Shown here piece by piece: positions 30,233-39,619 of a stretch of 64,000 nucleotides of DNA (its first letter is position 1; each line of letters opens with the position of its first letter). The position numbers were made by a program, and so were the translations under genes. The notes beneath the pieces are model-generated. The model searched no databases, was not told where the DNA came from, and saw nothing but the letters and a program-made list of their open reading frames with translations. The stretch comes from Planctomycetota bacterium (GTDB lineage Bacteria > Planctomycetota > UBA1135 > UBA2386), in NCBI GenBank assembly GCA_965228735.1, contig OZ245838.1:5792001-5856000 (forward strand), given 5' to 3'.

Positions 30233-30256
30233 GGGGACAGCGTAGAGTCTGGTGCC

Positions 30257-32146
30257 ATGGCGCGCATTCTCGTCGTGGACGACTCGATCGAGAACCTCTC
30301 GCTCATCGAGCTGTTCCTGCGCGAGACGGAGTTCGAGGTCGTCACGGCCAACAGTGGCCACGATGCGCTGGAACAATGCTCGCGCCGCCCGTTCGAGCTC
30401 ATCCTGCTCGACGTCGTCATGCCGGGGATCGACGGCTTCGAGGTCTGCCGGCGCCTCAAGGACGACCCGCGAACGGCGTTCATCCCGGTGATCTTCCTGA
30501 CGGGGCGCTTCATCGACGAGTCGGACAAGGTCGCGGCCTACAAGCTCGGTGCCGTCGACTACATCCAGAAGCCGGTCAACCGCGAAGAGCTCGTGGCGCG
30601 CATCCGCGTGATGCGACGCCTCGAGGAGACCCGATCGCGGCTCGACCGCGAGAACGCGGCGCTGCGTGCGGAGGTCGAGGCGCTCGGCCGGTCGCTGCAG
30701 TCGGTCAGCGGCGAGATCGAGCAGCTCCAGCTGTTGCGGCGCGAGTTCGACGCGACTTCGGATCCCGGCGTGCTCGCGCTGGCCGCCGATGGCCTGGTGC
30801 GCAGCGTGGATCAGGCGGTGCGGACGCTGCTGCCGAACGTGCGGATCGGCGCGTCGCTCGTCGACGCCGGCCACGGCGCCTCGCGGGTCGCGCGACTCGT
30901 CGCGGACGGCGCGCGGTCGGCGGACCTCGACCTGCCGCTCGGTGAGGACGACACGCGGACGGTGCGCGTCGTCGTTCGCGGTGTCGACGGCGGCGGCCAC
31001 GTCGTGTTGCTGCGCGACGTGACCGGGCTCTGCCGCGCCGAGCAACTGGTGCACGACCGTGAGCTCGCCCGTTCGGACGAGCCGGACGACGACGGCCGGA
31101 AGTCGGCGCGGTCGTACGCGATGAGCGACTACATAGGTGATTCGAGCGGGATCGCCGAGGTCAACGGGCTCGTCGAGCAGTTGCGCCATACCCGCACGAC
31201 CGTGCTCATCCAGGGGGAGACCGGCACGGGCAAGGAGCTGGTCGCGCGCGCGCTGCACTTCGACGGCAAGAACCGCAGCGCGCCGTTCATTCCGTTGCAC
31301 TGTGGCGCGATCGCGCCCGAGCTCGTGGAGAGCGAACTGTTCGGTCACGAGCGCGGTTCGTTCACGGGCGCCGACAACGCCCGCGACGGGCTCTTCCGCG
31401 CGGCCGACGGCGGCACGATCTTCCTCGACGAGATCGCCGAGCTGTCGATGGAGACGCAGATCAAGCTGCTGCGGGTGCTGCAGCGCGGCGAGGTGCGACC
31501 GATCGGCGCCAACCAGCCGCGTATCGTCGACGTCCGGGTGATCGGGGCGACCAACCAGGAACTCGCGACGCTCGTCAAGGCGGGCAAGTTTCGCGAGGAC
31601 CTCTACTATCGACTGCAGGTCGTGCGCATCGAGCTGCCGCCGCTGCGCGATCGCGTCGAGGACCTGCCGCAACTCATCGACCACTTCCTCAAGGCCGGCA
31701 ACACGCGCCACGGCCGCAAGGCGGAGCCCGTCCGCGGCGTCTCCAATGCGGCGATGGGGTTGTTGCTCGCCTACAGCTGGCCCGGCAACGTGCGTGAGCT
31801 CGAGAACATGATCGAGCGGGCGTTCGCGCTCGGCGTCGGTGAAGTGCTGCAGGTCGAGGATCTGCCGTCGCACATCGTCGCCGGCCGGCCGGCGCTCGTC
31901 GTGGACGACCCGGTCGAGAGCGCTGCATCGGCCGAGGATGGTGCGATCGTCGACGCGGACGGCACGCGCGATGGCAAGGCGGCGGGCGCCGTGAAGAACA
32001 TCCGCGACATGCGGCGGTCGGCCGAGCGGCAGGCGATCATGCAGGCGCTCGAGAAGGCCGACGGTGACAAGCTCGCCGCGGCGGCTGCGCTCGGCATGTC
32101 GCGCAGCACGTTCTATCGCCGGCTCAAGGACCTGGGCGTCTCCTGA
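30257..32146 (+). CDS. sigma-54-dependent response regulator (REC - linker - AAA+ - Fis HTH)
   Basis: [71 protein letters not shown]. Confidence 0.95.
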   Translation: MARILVVDDSIENLSLIELFLRETEFEVVTANSGHDALEQCSRRPFELILLDVVMPGIDGFEVCRRLKDDPRTAFIPVIFLTGRFIDESDKVAAYKLGAVDYIQKPVNREELVARIRVMRRLEETRSRLDRENAALRAEVEALGRSLQSVSGEIEQLQLLRREFDATSDPGVLALAADGLVRSVDQAVRTLLPNVRIGASLVDAGHGASRVARLVADGARSADLDLPLGEDDTRTVRVVVRGVDGGGHVVLLRDVTGLCRAEQLVHDRELARSDEPDDDGRKSARSYAMSDYIGDSSGIAEVNGLVEQLRHTRTTVLIQGETGTGKELVARALHFDGKNRSAPFIPLHCGAIAPELVESELFGHERGSFTGADNARDGLFRAADGGTIFLDEIAELSMETQIKLLRVLQRGEVRPIGANQPRIVDVRVIGATNQELATLVKAGKFREDLYYRLQVVRIELPPLRDRVEDLPQLIDHFLKAGNTRHGRKAEPVRGVSNAAMGLLLAYSWPGNVRELENMIERAFALGVGEVLQVEDLPSHIVAGRPALVVDDPVESAASAEDGAIVDADGTRDGKAAGAVKNIRDMRRSAERQAIMQALEKADGDKLAAAAALGMSRSTFYRRLKDLGVS

Positions 32147-32177
32147 GTCGGCCGCCTGTGTCCGCTGTCTGGGTCGG

Positions 32178-34844
32178 TCAGTCGCGACCGCGCCGAACCG
32201 GAATGCCAGCGGCCGCGTCGCCGTCGTCCTTCGGGCCGTCGACGCCGTCTGCGGCCGGAATCTCGGGCGGCGCGATCAACGGCAGCTCGCACGTCAGCCG
32301 GTCCGAACCCGCCGGGATCTCGAGCTCGGCCTCGCAGAGCGGCGGCAGCGAGTGACGGTCGCGATCGGTGCGCATGTGGCGCACCGCGCTGCGGGCGTAG
32401 AACGCGGCGGTCCCCGGTGGCAGTGCGAGCGTCAGCGTCTCGCTGTCGGTCGGCCACAGGATGCCGTTGCCGCTGTCGTACTGCCGGTTGCCGAGGCGTG
32501 CCGCGTCCGCCCCGGTCGGGGCGAACCGAACCTCGATCCGGTCGAACGCCGCCGGCTCGTCGACGCCCGCGAGCGTGGTCAGCTCGAGGTCTACGCGCGT
32601 GAGGTCGAGCTCGACATCGACCTCGTGGGTCGCCGCGGTGTCGACCTCGGTCCGTTCGGTCGCGCGGTGCAGCGTGATCCCGCTGCGGAAATCGACGACG
32701 TGCAGCCAGTAGAGCCCGGGGCCGACGCGGATGTCGAATGCGCCATCGCGGCCGACGAACGAGCGCGGGCCCGCGAACCGCGAGTTGTACTGGATCGTCG
32801 GCGCGCGGCCGTTGCGACCGGGCTCGGCGATCACGAGGAGGTGTTCGAACGCCGTCGTCGCGCGCGCGAACGTCACCCGGCCGTGGAGGCGGCCCGGGCG
32901 GTCGGCGCTGCAGTCGAACTCGCGTTCGATGCCGGCCGGTCGCACCCGGAACGGTTCGATCGGCAGGTAGAGATCGTCGCCGAGCCGCGGCTTCGACGGC
33001 AGGCGCAGAACGATCTCGTGGTTGCCGAGCGGGACACCGTCGAAGCGGAACTCGTTGTCGTCGCCGAGCGTCTGCTGGCGAGGATCGCCGGCGTTGCTGC
33101 GGATGCCGCCGAGGAGGCGGGCGCCCGACGTCGCGAACGCCATGCGCGGCATCGGATTCAGCATCACGCTCGCGCCGCTGCCGACTTCGATGCCGGTCAG
33201 GCGGCCGGCGACGCGTGCGCCCGTCGGCAGCGTCAAGGTCACATCAGCGCGCTGCTCGGCCGCGGCGAGTTCGACGTGTTGCGGCTCGCCGCGCGGGTGG
33301 GACGGGTGGCGGACCTCGATGCGCCACCGCCCTTCGCCGAGGCCGGGCAACGTGAAGCTGCCGTCGGGTCCCGAGCGGACGGCGTCCTGCGGCTCGGTCT
33401 CCGGGTAGCTCGAGCGGTTGGCGGGCGGATCGAAGCGGGCCCAGATCAGCGCGCCCGCGACCGGCGTGTCGCTGTCGACGATCCGCACGACGCCGCGCAC
33501 GGTCGCTTCCGGATGCAGCTCGACCGTCACGGGCTCGTCCGCATCCGTCGGCGCCCCCGGGTCGGCGTCGCCCTCGCGCGCGGTCGGCCGCGGCACGTCC
33601 GCGACGGTCGCCGGCGCCATCCCGGCGGCGATGACGCGCAGGACGCCGTAGTTGGCCTTCGAGAGCGCCGGCAGTTCGGCCTCGCCGCTCTCGGTCGGGG
33701 TGGCGGCGTCGAGCAGCTGGCGCAGGCGATGTTCGCGGTAGCCGGTGCTGCCGACGTTGAACTTCTGCCACAGGCAGACGGCGGTGAAGCGTTCGACCGC
33801 GGTGCCGTCCGCGGCGCGCACGGCCCGGACGCGGAGCTTCGGCGCGTCGTCCGCCTCGGCCGGCGGCAGCAGCAACTCGAGGTTGGCTTGCGGGCCGCGC
33901 AGCACGCGCGAGCGAATCTCGCGTGGCGCATCGGCGCCGGCGTGGTGGCGCGCCACCAGGCGCCAGCGGCAGTCGCGGTCGAGCGGGAGCCGGAAGCTGC
34001 CGTCCGGGCCGGTCCGGACCTGGTCGCCGTTGCTGCGGAGCTCGTACGTCGCGACCACCGTCGCGCCCGCGACGCTGCTGCCGTCCTGCTCGAGCACGCG
34101 CCCCGCGATCCAACCCGTGCTGCGCAACTCGATCTCGAGCGGCGCGCCGATCGCGACGGGCTCGCGCCAGGTCCGTTCGTAGCCGGGCCTCGACAGCTCG
34201 AGGCGCACGCCGTTGCCCAGCGCGCACGGCAGATCGAAGATCCCGCCCGCGGTCGAGGTGGTCGCGCAGAAGAAGCCGTGCCGTGGGCCGACGCGAAACC
34301 GTGTCGCGCTCTCGAGCAGATCGGTGGCGACGACGCGGACGCCGGCGAGCGGGTTGCCCGCAGGATCCCGAACGCGCCCGAACATCCGGCTGCCCGCCGG
34401 CAACACGATGTCCCCGAGGTCGGGGGTCTGCCGTTCGACGGGGCGCAGCACCGCGGCGCGGCCGCGCTGGGCGACGTGGATCGCGAAGCCGGCGGTCGCC
34501 GCGTCCGCAGCGGGAAACGCGACCGTGAAGCGCCCGGCGTCGTCGGACGTCGCGAGCGGTGCACGCAGCGTCGCGTCGGTCGCGATCGTGCGGTCCGTGC
34601 CGAGCTGGATCGCGGCGCCCGCGAGCGGCGTGCCGTCGGGGGCGACGACCCGGCCCTGCCAGGCCGCAGCGCCCGCGTTCTGATTCGCCGCCGGCTGCTG
34701 GGTCGGCAATCCGCCGCCGAGTCCGATCCCGAGCGCCAATGCGGCGACGCGGATTCGGGTGGCCCGGCGGGGCCAGGACGGCCGGCGTTGGCGCGGCGGT
34801 TCCGCGGCGGCAGTCCTCGGTCCAGCGCTTCGTCGAACGTTCAC
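32178..34844 (-). CDS. exported protein with carboxypeptidase-regulatory-like repeats
   Basis: Repeated GRV.D..G.P.AG..V / T...G.F units; GTG start inferred from TATGGT 7 nt upstream. Confidence 0.75.
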   Translation of the reverse strand: MNVRRSAGPRTAAAEPPRQRRPSWPRRATRIRVAALALGIGLGGGLPTQQPAANQNAGAAAWQGRVVAPDGTPLAGAAIQLGTDRTIATDATLRAPLATSDDAGRFTVAFPAADAATAGFAIHVAQRGRAAVLRPVERQTPDLGDIVLPAGSRMFGRVRDPAGNPLAGVRVVATDLLESATRFRVGPRHGFFCATTSTAGGIFDLPCALGNGVRLELSRPGYERTWREPVAIGAPLEIELRSTGWIAGRVLEQDGSSVAGATVVATYELRSNGDQVRTGPDGSFRLPLDRDCRWRLVARHHAGADAPREIRSRVLRGPQANLELLLPPAEADDAPKLRVRAVRAADGTAVERFTAVCLWQKFNVGSTGYREHRLRQLLDAATPTESGEAELPALSKANYGVLRVIAAGMAPATVADVPRPTAREGDADPGAPTDADEPVTVELHPEATVRGVVRIVDSDTPVAGALIWARFDPPANRSSYPETEPQDAVRSGPDGSFTLPGLGEGRWRIEVRHPSHPRGEPQHVELAAAEQRADVTLTLPTGARVAGRLTGIEVGSGASVMLNPMPRMAFATSGARLLGGIRSNAGDPRQQTLGDDNEFRFDGVPLGNHEIVLRLPSKPRLGDDLYLPIEPFRVRPAGIEREFDCSADRPGRLHGRVTFARATTAFEHLLVIAEPGRNGRAPTIQYNSRFAGPRSFVGRDGAFDIRVGPGLYWLHVVDFRSGITLHRATERTEVDTAATHEVDVELDLTRVDLELTTLAGVDEPAAFDRIEVRFAPTGADAARLGNRQYDSGNGILWPTDSETLTLALPPGTAAFYARSAVRHMRTDRDRHSLPPLCEAELEIPAGSDRLTCELPLIAPPEIPAADGVDGPKDDGDAAAGIPVRRGRD

Positions 34845-34956
34845 AACCGCGACCATACGGGGGAATCCGCGACTCGGCCAAGGCCGTCCGCGCGGCGTCG
34901 GGTCGGCGGATTTGCTCCTGGCCGTCAGGAATCGAGCGTTACCATTCTCCGCACCC

Positions 34957-36531
34957 ATGCACCCGAGAACCAGCATCCACCGCACCTCCGTCACGTCGAT
35001 CCTCGCCGTTGCACTCGTCACGGCCGCCGGCTGCAGCAGCGGCGGTGGCGGGGACAGCACGCCGCCCGCCCCGACCCCGACGCTCGCGTTCGGCGCGCCG
35101 ACGATCACGCCGACCGGCGGCGCCGGTGGTGGTCGGAACGCGCTGACGGATCTCAACGGCGATGGCGTCATCGACTTCGTGGTGGTGAACGGACCGCTCG
35201 CGAACGTGTCGGTCCTCGCGGGTCAGCCCGATGGCAAGGTGGGGGTCGGCGCGACGGTGCCGGCACCGCAGCTCGTCGCGGCGACGGCGTTCGCCGACGT
35301 CGACGGCGATCGGATCGTCGACCTCATCGCTGCGAGCGGCGCGCTCGCCGAGGCCGTGTTCGCGAAGGGTCGTGGCGACGGCACGTTCGAAGCGGGGGCC
35401 GCGATCACGTTGCCGTGGGCGGTGAACGAACTGGCGGTCGCCGACTGGAACCGCGACGGCAACGCCGACCTGCTCGCGGCCAGCGCGGATGCGGGCGAGG
35501 TCGCGCTGCTCCGAGGCAATGGCGCCGGCGTGTTCGGCGGCGCCGTCATCGCGAGTCTGCCCTACGTGCCCACGCAGATGGTCATCGCCGACATGAACCG
35601 CGACACGCTGCCCGACGTGATCGTGACCGGCGTCGGCGCGGTCTCGATCGAGGTGCTGCGGAACGACGGTGTCGGTGGATTCCTGCCGGCCGTGAGCACG
35701 CCGGTCAGCGGCCGGGCCGGCACGTTCGTGTGCTGCGATCTCGATCGCGACACGCTGCCCGACCTCGTCGCGCTCGACGGCAGCGGCCTCGCCGTGACCG
35801 TGTATCGCGGCGTGTTCGGCGCGAGCTTCGTCGAAGGGATGCGGCTCGGGATCGATCAGACCGCGGTCACGGGCCTCGCGCTCGGTGACCTGGACGGCGA
35901 CGGCGTGCTCGACCTTGCGGCGGCGGCGGGGACGCGCGTTCTCGTGGCCTACGGGACGGACCTCGCGGAGTTCACCGGCGTCGAAGAGGCGTGGTCCGGG
36001 GCGGAGCCGATCAGCTCGGTGGCCGTCGTCGACTTCGCCGGCACGGGTTTCGCGGACATCGTCGCGGTCGTCGGCGGTGATCGCGTCGCGCAGCTCAGCA
36101 ACCCGCGGTTGATGCCGGTCGGGCTCGCGGGCTACGGCGTCGGCACCCCGGACTGTCGCGGTCGGATCGGCATGTGGGCGAACGGCGTGCCGCAGATCGG
36201 CAACGCCGACTTCGCCTACACCGCGACGAACGCGCCGGCGGATGCGCTCGGCGTGTTCATGCAGGGTGGCCCGGCCGACGTTCTGGGCAGCAACACGCTC
36301 GGCAACGGCGTGCTGTTCCACATCGGGTTCGACCTGTTGATCACGCGGCTGGTCTTCAGCGACCAGCTCGGCAACGCCTACATCGCGGATCCGCTGCCCG
36401 CCGAGGCGGGGCTCGTCGGTCTGCCGATCCACACGCAGACGCTGTGGTTGACCGACCTGGCGACCACGTGCACGACCGCGGCGACCAACCTCGCGAGCTC
36501 GCGGGGCATGACGGCCACGATCCAGCAATGA
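34957..36531 (+). CDS. FG-GAP/VCBS repeat lipoprotein with the shared C-terminal domain
   Basis: Lipobox AAGC; DLNGDGVID, DVDGDRIVD, DWNRDGNAD, DMNRDTLPD, DLDRDTLPD, DLDGDGVLD repeats. Confidence 0.88.
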   Translation: MHPRTSIHRTSVTSILAVALVTAAGCSSGGGGDSTPPAPTPTLAFGAPTITPTGGAGGGRNALTDLNGDGVIDFVVVNGPLANVSVLAGQPDGKVGVGATVPAPQLVAATAFADVDGDRIVDLIAASGALAEAVFAKGRGDGTFEAGAAITLPWAVNELAVADWNRDGNADLLAASADAGEVALLRGNGAGVFGGAVIASLPYVPTQMVIADMNRDTLPDVIVTGVGAVSIEVLRNDGVGGFLPAVSTPVSGRAGTFVCCDLDRDTLPDLVALDGSGLAVTVYRGVFGASFVEGMRLGIDQTAVTGLALGDLDGDGVLDLAAAAGTRVLVAYGTDLAEFTGVEEAWSGAEPISSVAVVDFAGTGFADIVAVVGGDRVAQLSNPRLMPVGLAGYGVGTPDCRGRIGMWANGVPQIGNADFAYTATNAPADALGVFMQGGPADVLGSNTLGNGVLFHIGFDLLITRLVFSDQLGNAYIADPLPAEAGLVGLPIHTQTLWLTDLATTCTTAATNLASSRGMTATIQQ

Positions 36532-38009
36532 GGGTCTGGCTGCCGCCGGCGCTCGGCGCGCTGCTCGCCGGCTGTGCGGCCGCGCCGGCGAGCTTCGAGG
36601 GCGTCGATCGCGATCGCATCGCGCGCGCCGCCGGGGAGCTGACCGCGTTGCCCGAGCTCGCGGGTGGGCGGGTCGGGGTCGTCGTCATGGATGCTGCGTC
36701 GGGCGAGGTGCTCGCGGAGCACATGGCCGACCGCGGGTTCGCGACCGCGTCCAACATGAAGCTCGTGAGCAGCGCCGTCGCGCTGTGGACCCTCGGCGCC
36801 GAGTACCAGGCGCGCACCGAGTTGCTGCAGCTCGGCAGCATCGACGACGGCGTGCTCGTCGGCGACCTGCTGCTGCTGGGGCGCGGGGATCCGACGTTGC
36901 CGGTCGGCGCCCTGACCGAGTTCGCGGCCGCCGTGCGGGATGCCGGGATCTCGCGGGTCGCGGGGCGGGTGCGGGCCGACGGCAGCTGGCTCGGGGACGA
37001 ACGGCGCGGTCGCGGCTGGCAGTGGGACTACCTCGACGCGGGGTATGCGGCGCCGTTCAGCGCGTTGTGTCTGAACGGCAACTGCGTGCGCGTGACGGTT
37101 CATCCGGGCAACGACGGGCGGCGACTGCAGGTGCTGCGGGAGCCGCGTGCCGAGCCCGCGCCGCACGTCGATCTCGAACTGCTGCCGGCGGGGAGCAGGA
37201 CGCGGATCCGGGTGGCCCGGGAACTCGGCAGCGATCGCATCACGATCACCGGCGAGATGGCGCGCGACAGCAAGCCGGTCGTCGACGCCGTCGCCGTGCG
37301 GGATCCGGAGGCGTTTGCGGCGGCGGCGTTGCGGCAGGCGCTCGTCGATGCCGGGATCGAGGTCGCGGACGGTTCGGCGCTCGCGATCGCCGACGCGGAG
37401 CGCATGACGCGCCGTGTGCTCGCGACCCGGCAGGCTCCGGCTCTCGCGGCGATCGTGCAGCCGTTGCTCGAGAGCAGCGACAACCTCTACGCCGAGGTCG
37501 CCTGGCGCACGGCGGCGCGGGAGGCGGGGCGCGAGCGCACGACGACGGGTGCCGCGCGGCACACGGCCGAGTTCTTCCGCCGCATCGGCATCGATCCGAC
37601 CGGCGCGGTGTTCGCCGACGGATCGGGGTTGTCGCGTCGCAATCTCGTGCAGCCGCGGCAACTCGCCGGAATGCTGCGTTGGATCGATCGGGAGGCGCCG
37701 TTCCGCGCCGAGTTCGTCGCCGGACTGCCGGTCGCGGGCGAGAGCGGCACGTTGCGGCGCCGGTTTCGCAGCCAGCCGAGTCGCGCGCGCGGGCGGGTGC
37801 GGGCGAAGACCGGGTTCATCTCCCGCGTCGTTGCGCTCTCCGGTTACGTCGAGCGTCCCGCCCCGGATGCCGCCCCGCTCGTCTTCGTCGCGCTGGTGAA
37901 CGACTTCACCTGCTCGTCCCAGGCCGCGAAGGACGCGGTCGACACGTTCGTCGAGGAGCTGGCCGCGAGCGTCGGGTGGTCGGAGCCAGCGCAGCCGGCG
38001 ACGGGGTAG
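36528..38009 (+). CDS. dacB: D-Ala-D-Ala carboxypeptidase/endopeptidase (PBP4, peptidase S13)
   Basis: Lipobox LAGC; SxxK (ASNMK), GRGDPT, SxN (SDN), DGSGLSR.N, KTG. Confidence 0.93.
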   Translation: MRVWLPPALGALLAGCAAAPASFEGVDRDRIARAAGELTALPELAGGRVGVVVMDAASGEVLAEHMADRGFATASNMKLVSSAVALWTLGAEYQARTELLQLGSIDDGVLVGDLLLLGRGDPTLPVGALTEFAAAVRDAGISRVAGRVRADGSWLGDERRGRGWQWDYLDAGYAAPFSALCLNGNCVRVTVHPGNDGRRLQVLREPRAEPAPHVDLELLPAGSRTRIRVARELGSDRITITGEMARDSKPVVDAVAVRDPEAFAAAALRQALVDAGIEVADGSALAIADAERMTRRVLATRQAPALAAIVQPLLESSDNLYAEVAWRTAAREAGRERTTTGAARHTAEFFRRIGIDPTGAVFADGSGLSRRNLVQPRQLAGMLRWIDREAPFRAEFVAGLPVAGESGTLRRRFRSQPSRARGRVRAKTGFISRVVALSGYVERPAPDAAPLVFVALVNDFTCSSQAAKDAVDTFVEELAASVGWSEPAQPATG

Positions 38010-38011
38010 GG

Positions 38012-38836
38012 CTACAGCGAGACCGTGAGCCCGAGCTGGAAGCCGTCGATCACGAGGTCGGCGTAGTAGTCGACCATGTCGACGCCGCCGCGCGCCGTGA
38101 GTTCGGAGTAGCGATAGCCCGCGAAGAACGTGACATCCCGCAGCGGGATCGCGTAGCTCGCGCGCAGTTCGAGATCCTGCCCGATGTCGCGATAGTCGCC
38201 GCGCACGCGCAGGTGCGGCGAGATCGCGTACTCGGCCTGGAACGCGAGGTCCTGCCATTCGGCCCGGAAGCGCGCGGCGATCGACAGGTTCTGGCCCGCG
38301 ACCGGCACGTTCTGCCGCCGCGCGAGGTCGTCGGTGAACATCCGCATCGTGAGGTCGCGGTAGGCGAACTCGCCGCCGGCGCCGAAGCGCAGTCGCAGAT
38401 CCTCGTCCTTGTAGGTCGTGGTCTGGTCGATCAGCGGGTGCAGGTAGCTGATGCGCAGCTCGTCCATCTGCGCTTCCATGCGGACGAGGTCGTCCTCGAG
38501 CAGCATGCCCCAGTCGGCGCCGAGGACGCCGTTCTTGGAGGTCTGCATGTCGAGGCGGTAGTAGTCGACGCGCAGCCCGCCGAAGCCGTCGCCGACCGCG
38601 GCGCGGAACCCGACGTCGTCCTCGTGCGTGTCCATGCCGAACAGGGCGAGGCGTTGGTAGGGGTTGCTCTGCACCGGCGCGCCGCCGCCCGGATCGGTCT
38701 CGACCGTCGTCTTGCCGCGCAGCTGGTAGATCGCGTAGTAGGGCGACAGGGTGACGCGCGGTTCTTCGAAGACGGAGGACGCGCAGCCCGACAGAGTCAT
38801 CGCCATGACGGTCAGGCCGAGTGCTGGTCCACGCAT
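38012..38836 (-). CDS. lipoprotein-signal protein with outer-membrane beta-barrel-like pattern
   Basis: Lipobox LSGC; amphipathic strands, AGYRY, ends DGFQLGLTVSL. Confidence 0.65.
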   Translation of the reverse strand: MRGPALGLTVMAMTLSGCASSVFEEPRVTLSPYYAIYQLRGKTTVETDPGGGAPVQSNPYQRLALFGMDTHEDDVGFRAAVGDGFGGLRVDYYRLDMQTSKNGVLGADWGMLLEDDLVRMEAQMDELRISYLHPLIDQTTTYKDEDLRLRFGAGGEFAYRDLTMRMFTDDLARRQNVPVAGQNLSIAARFRAEWQDLAFQAEYAISPHLRVRGDYRDIGQDLELRASYAIPLRDVTFFAGYRYSELTARGGVDMVDYYADLVIDGFQLGLTVSL

Positions 38837-38882
38837 GCCCGAAAGGTAGCCCACGTGCCGGCCGTTTCGTAGGCTCTGGTCG

Positions 38883-39584
38883 ATGACGCAAGGCTTCCTC
38901 GAGCGCGACTTCCTCGCCTACGAACGCCACCGGCAGGATGACCCCGAGTACAACGGCCTGCGCCTCAGCGTGCGCCGCAAGCTCAAGGGGATCATCGACG
39001 GCACCGCGAAAGCGGCGAAAGCAGCCGGCGTGACGCTCAGCGCCCAGGCCGGGTTGCACCATCCGTACACGTTCAACAGCTACCGCGTCCGCGAGCAGCG
39101 GGCCTACCTCTGCCGGGGCCCCAAGGAGCGCAAGAAGCTCGCCTCGTTCTTCGGCGAGGCGCTCGGCAAGGACGCCGAGACGCACTACATCCAGACCGTG
39201 CTCGAGGCCTGCCTCGACGATCAGATCCTCGAGGCCGCGCTGCGGATCCACCCGCAGGCGTGGTGGGACGGCGAGAACCTCAAGAAGCAGCTGCAAAACG
39301 ACGACGCGGCGCTGCAGCAGTTCTGCGAACGGCTGCGCGCGCTGCCGCCGGGCTTCAACCTCAAGCTGCACGACTGGCGCAAGGATCACTGGTGCGCCGG
39401 CATCAAGCCGGGCGACGTCAAGGAGCTCATGACGCACTACACGCCGGGCGAACATTGGCTGCACGTCCAGCGCCAGCTGCCGAAGGAGGACGCGGTCGAG
39501 ATGGGCCCCGAGACGGCAACCTGGGTCGAGACCAGCCTGATCGCGCTGCTGCCGACCTACCAGTCGATCCTCTGGACGCCGTGA
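38883..39584 (+). CDS. hypothetical cytoplasmic protein
   Basis: 233 aa with protein-like composition; TAGGCT 7 nt upstream; no family recognised. Confidence 0.8.
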   Translation: MTQGFLERDFLAYERHRQDDPEYNGLRLSVRRKLKGIIDGTAKAAKAAGVTLSAQAGLHHPYTFNSYRVREQRAYLCRGPKERKKLASFFGEALGKDAETHYIQTVLEACLDDQILEAALRIHPQAWWDGENLKKQLQNDDAALQQFCERLRALPPGFNLKLHDWRKDHWCAGIKPGDVKELMTHYTPGEHWLHVQRQLPKEDAVEMGPETATWVETSLIALLPTYQSILWTP

Positions 39585-39619
39585 AGCCCTGCGTACGCAG
39601 GTTCCGTACGCATGGTCAC
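39581..39619. repeat. internally deleted copy of the 8406-8512 palindromic element
   Basis: gtgaagccctgcgtacg / caggttccgtacgcatggtcac resemble the outer ends gtgagccttgcgtacg / caggtaccgtacgcaaggctcac. Confidence 0.75.

Noticed and set aside
32064..35888. Very long ORFs such as 32064-35888+, 36378-39464-, 28817-31873- and 20615-23986+ as whole genes
   Set aside because: They are antisense or off-frame shadows of real genes in high-GC DNA. For 28817-31873 and 20615-23986 only the terminal parts (S41 protease, Clp-N) are real.
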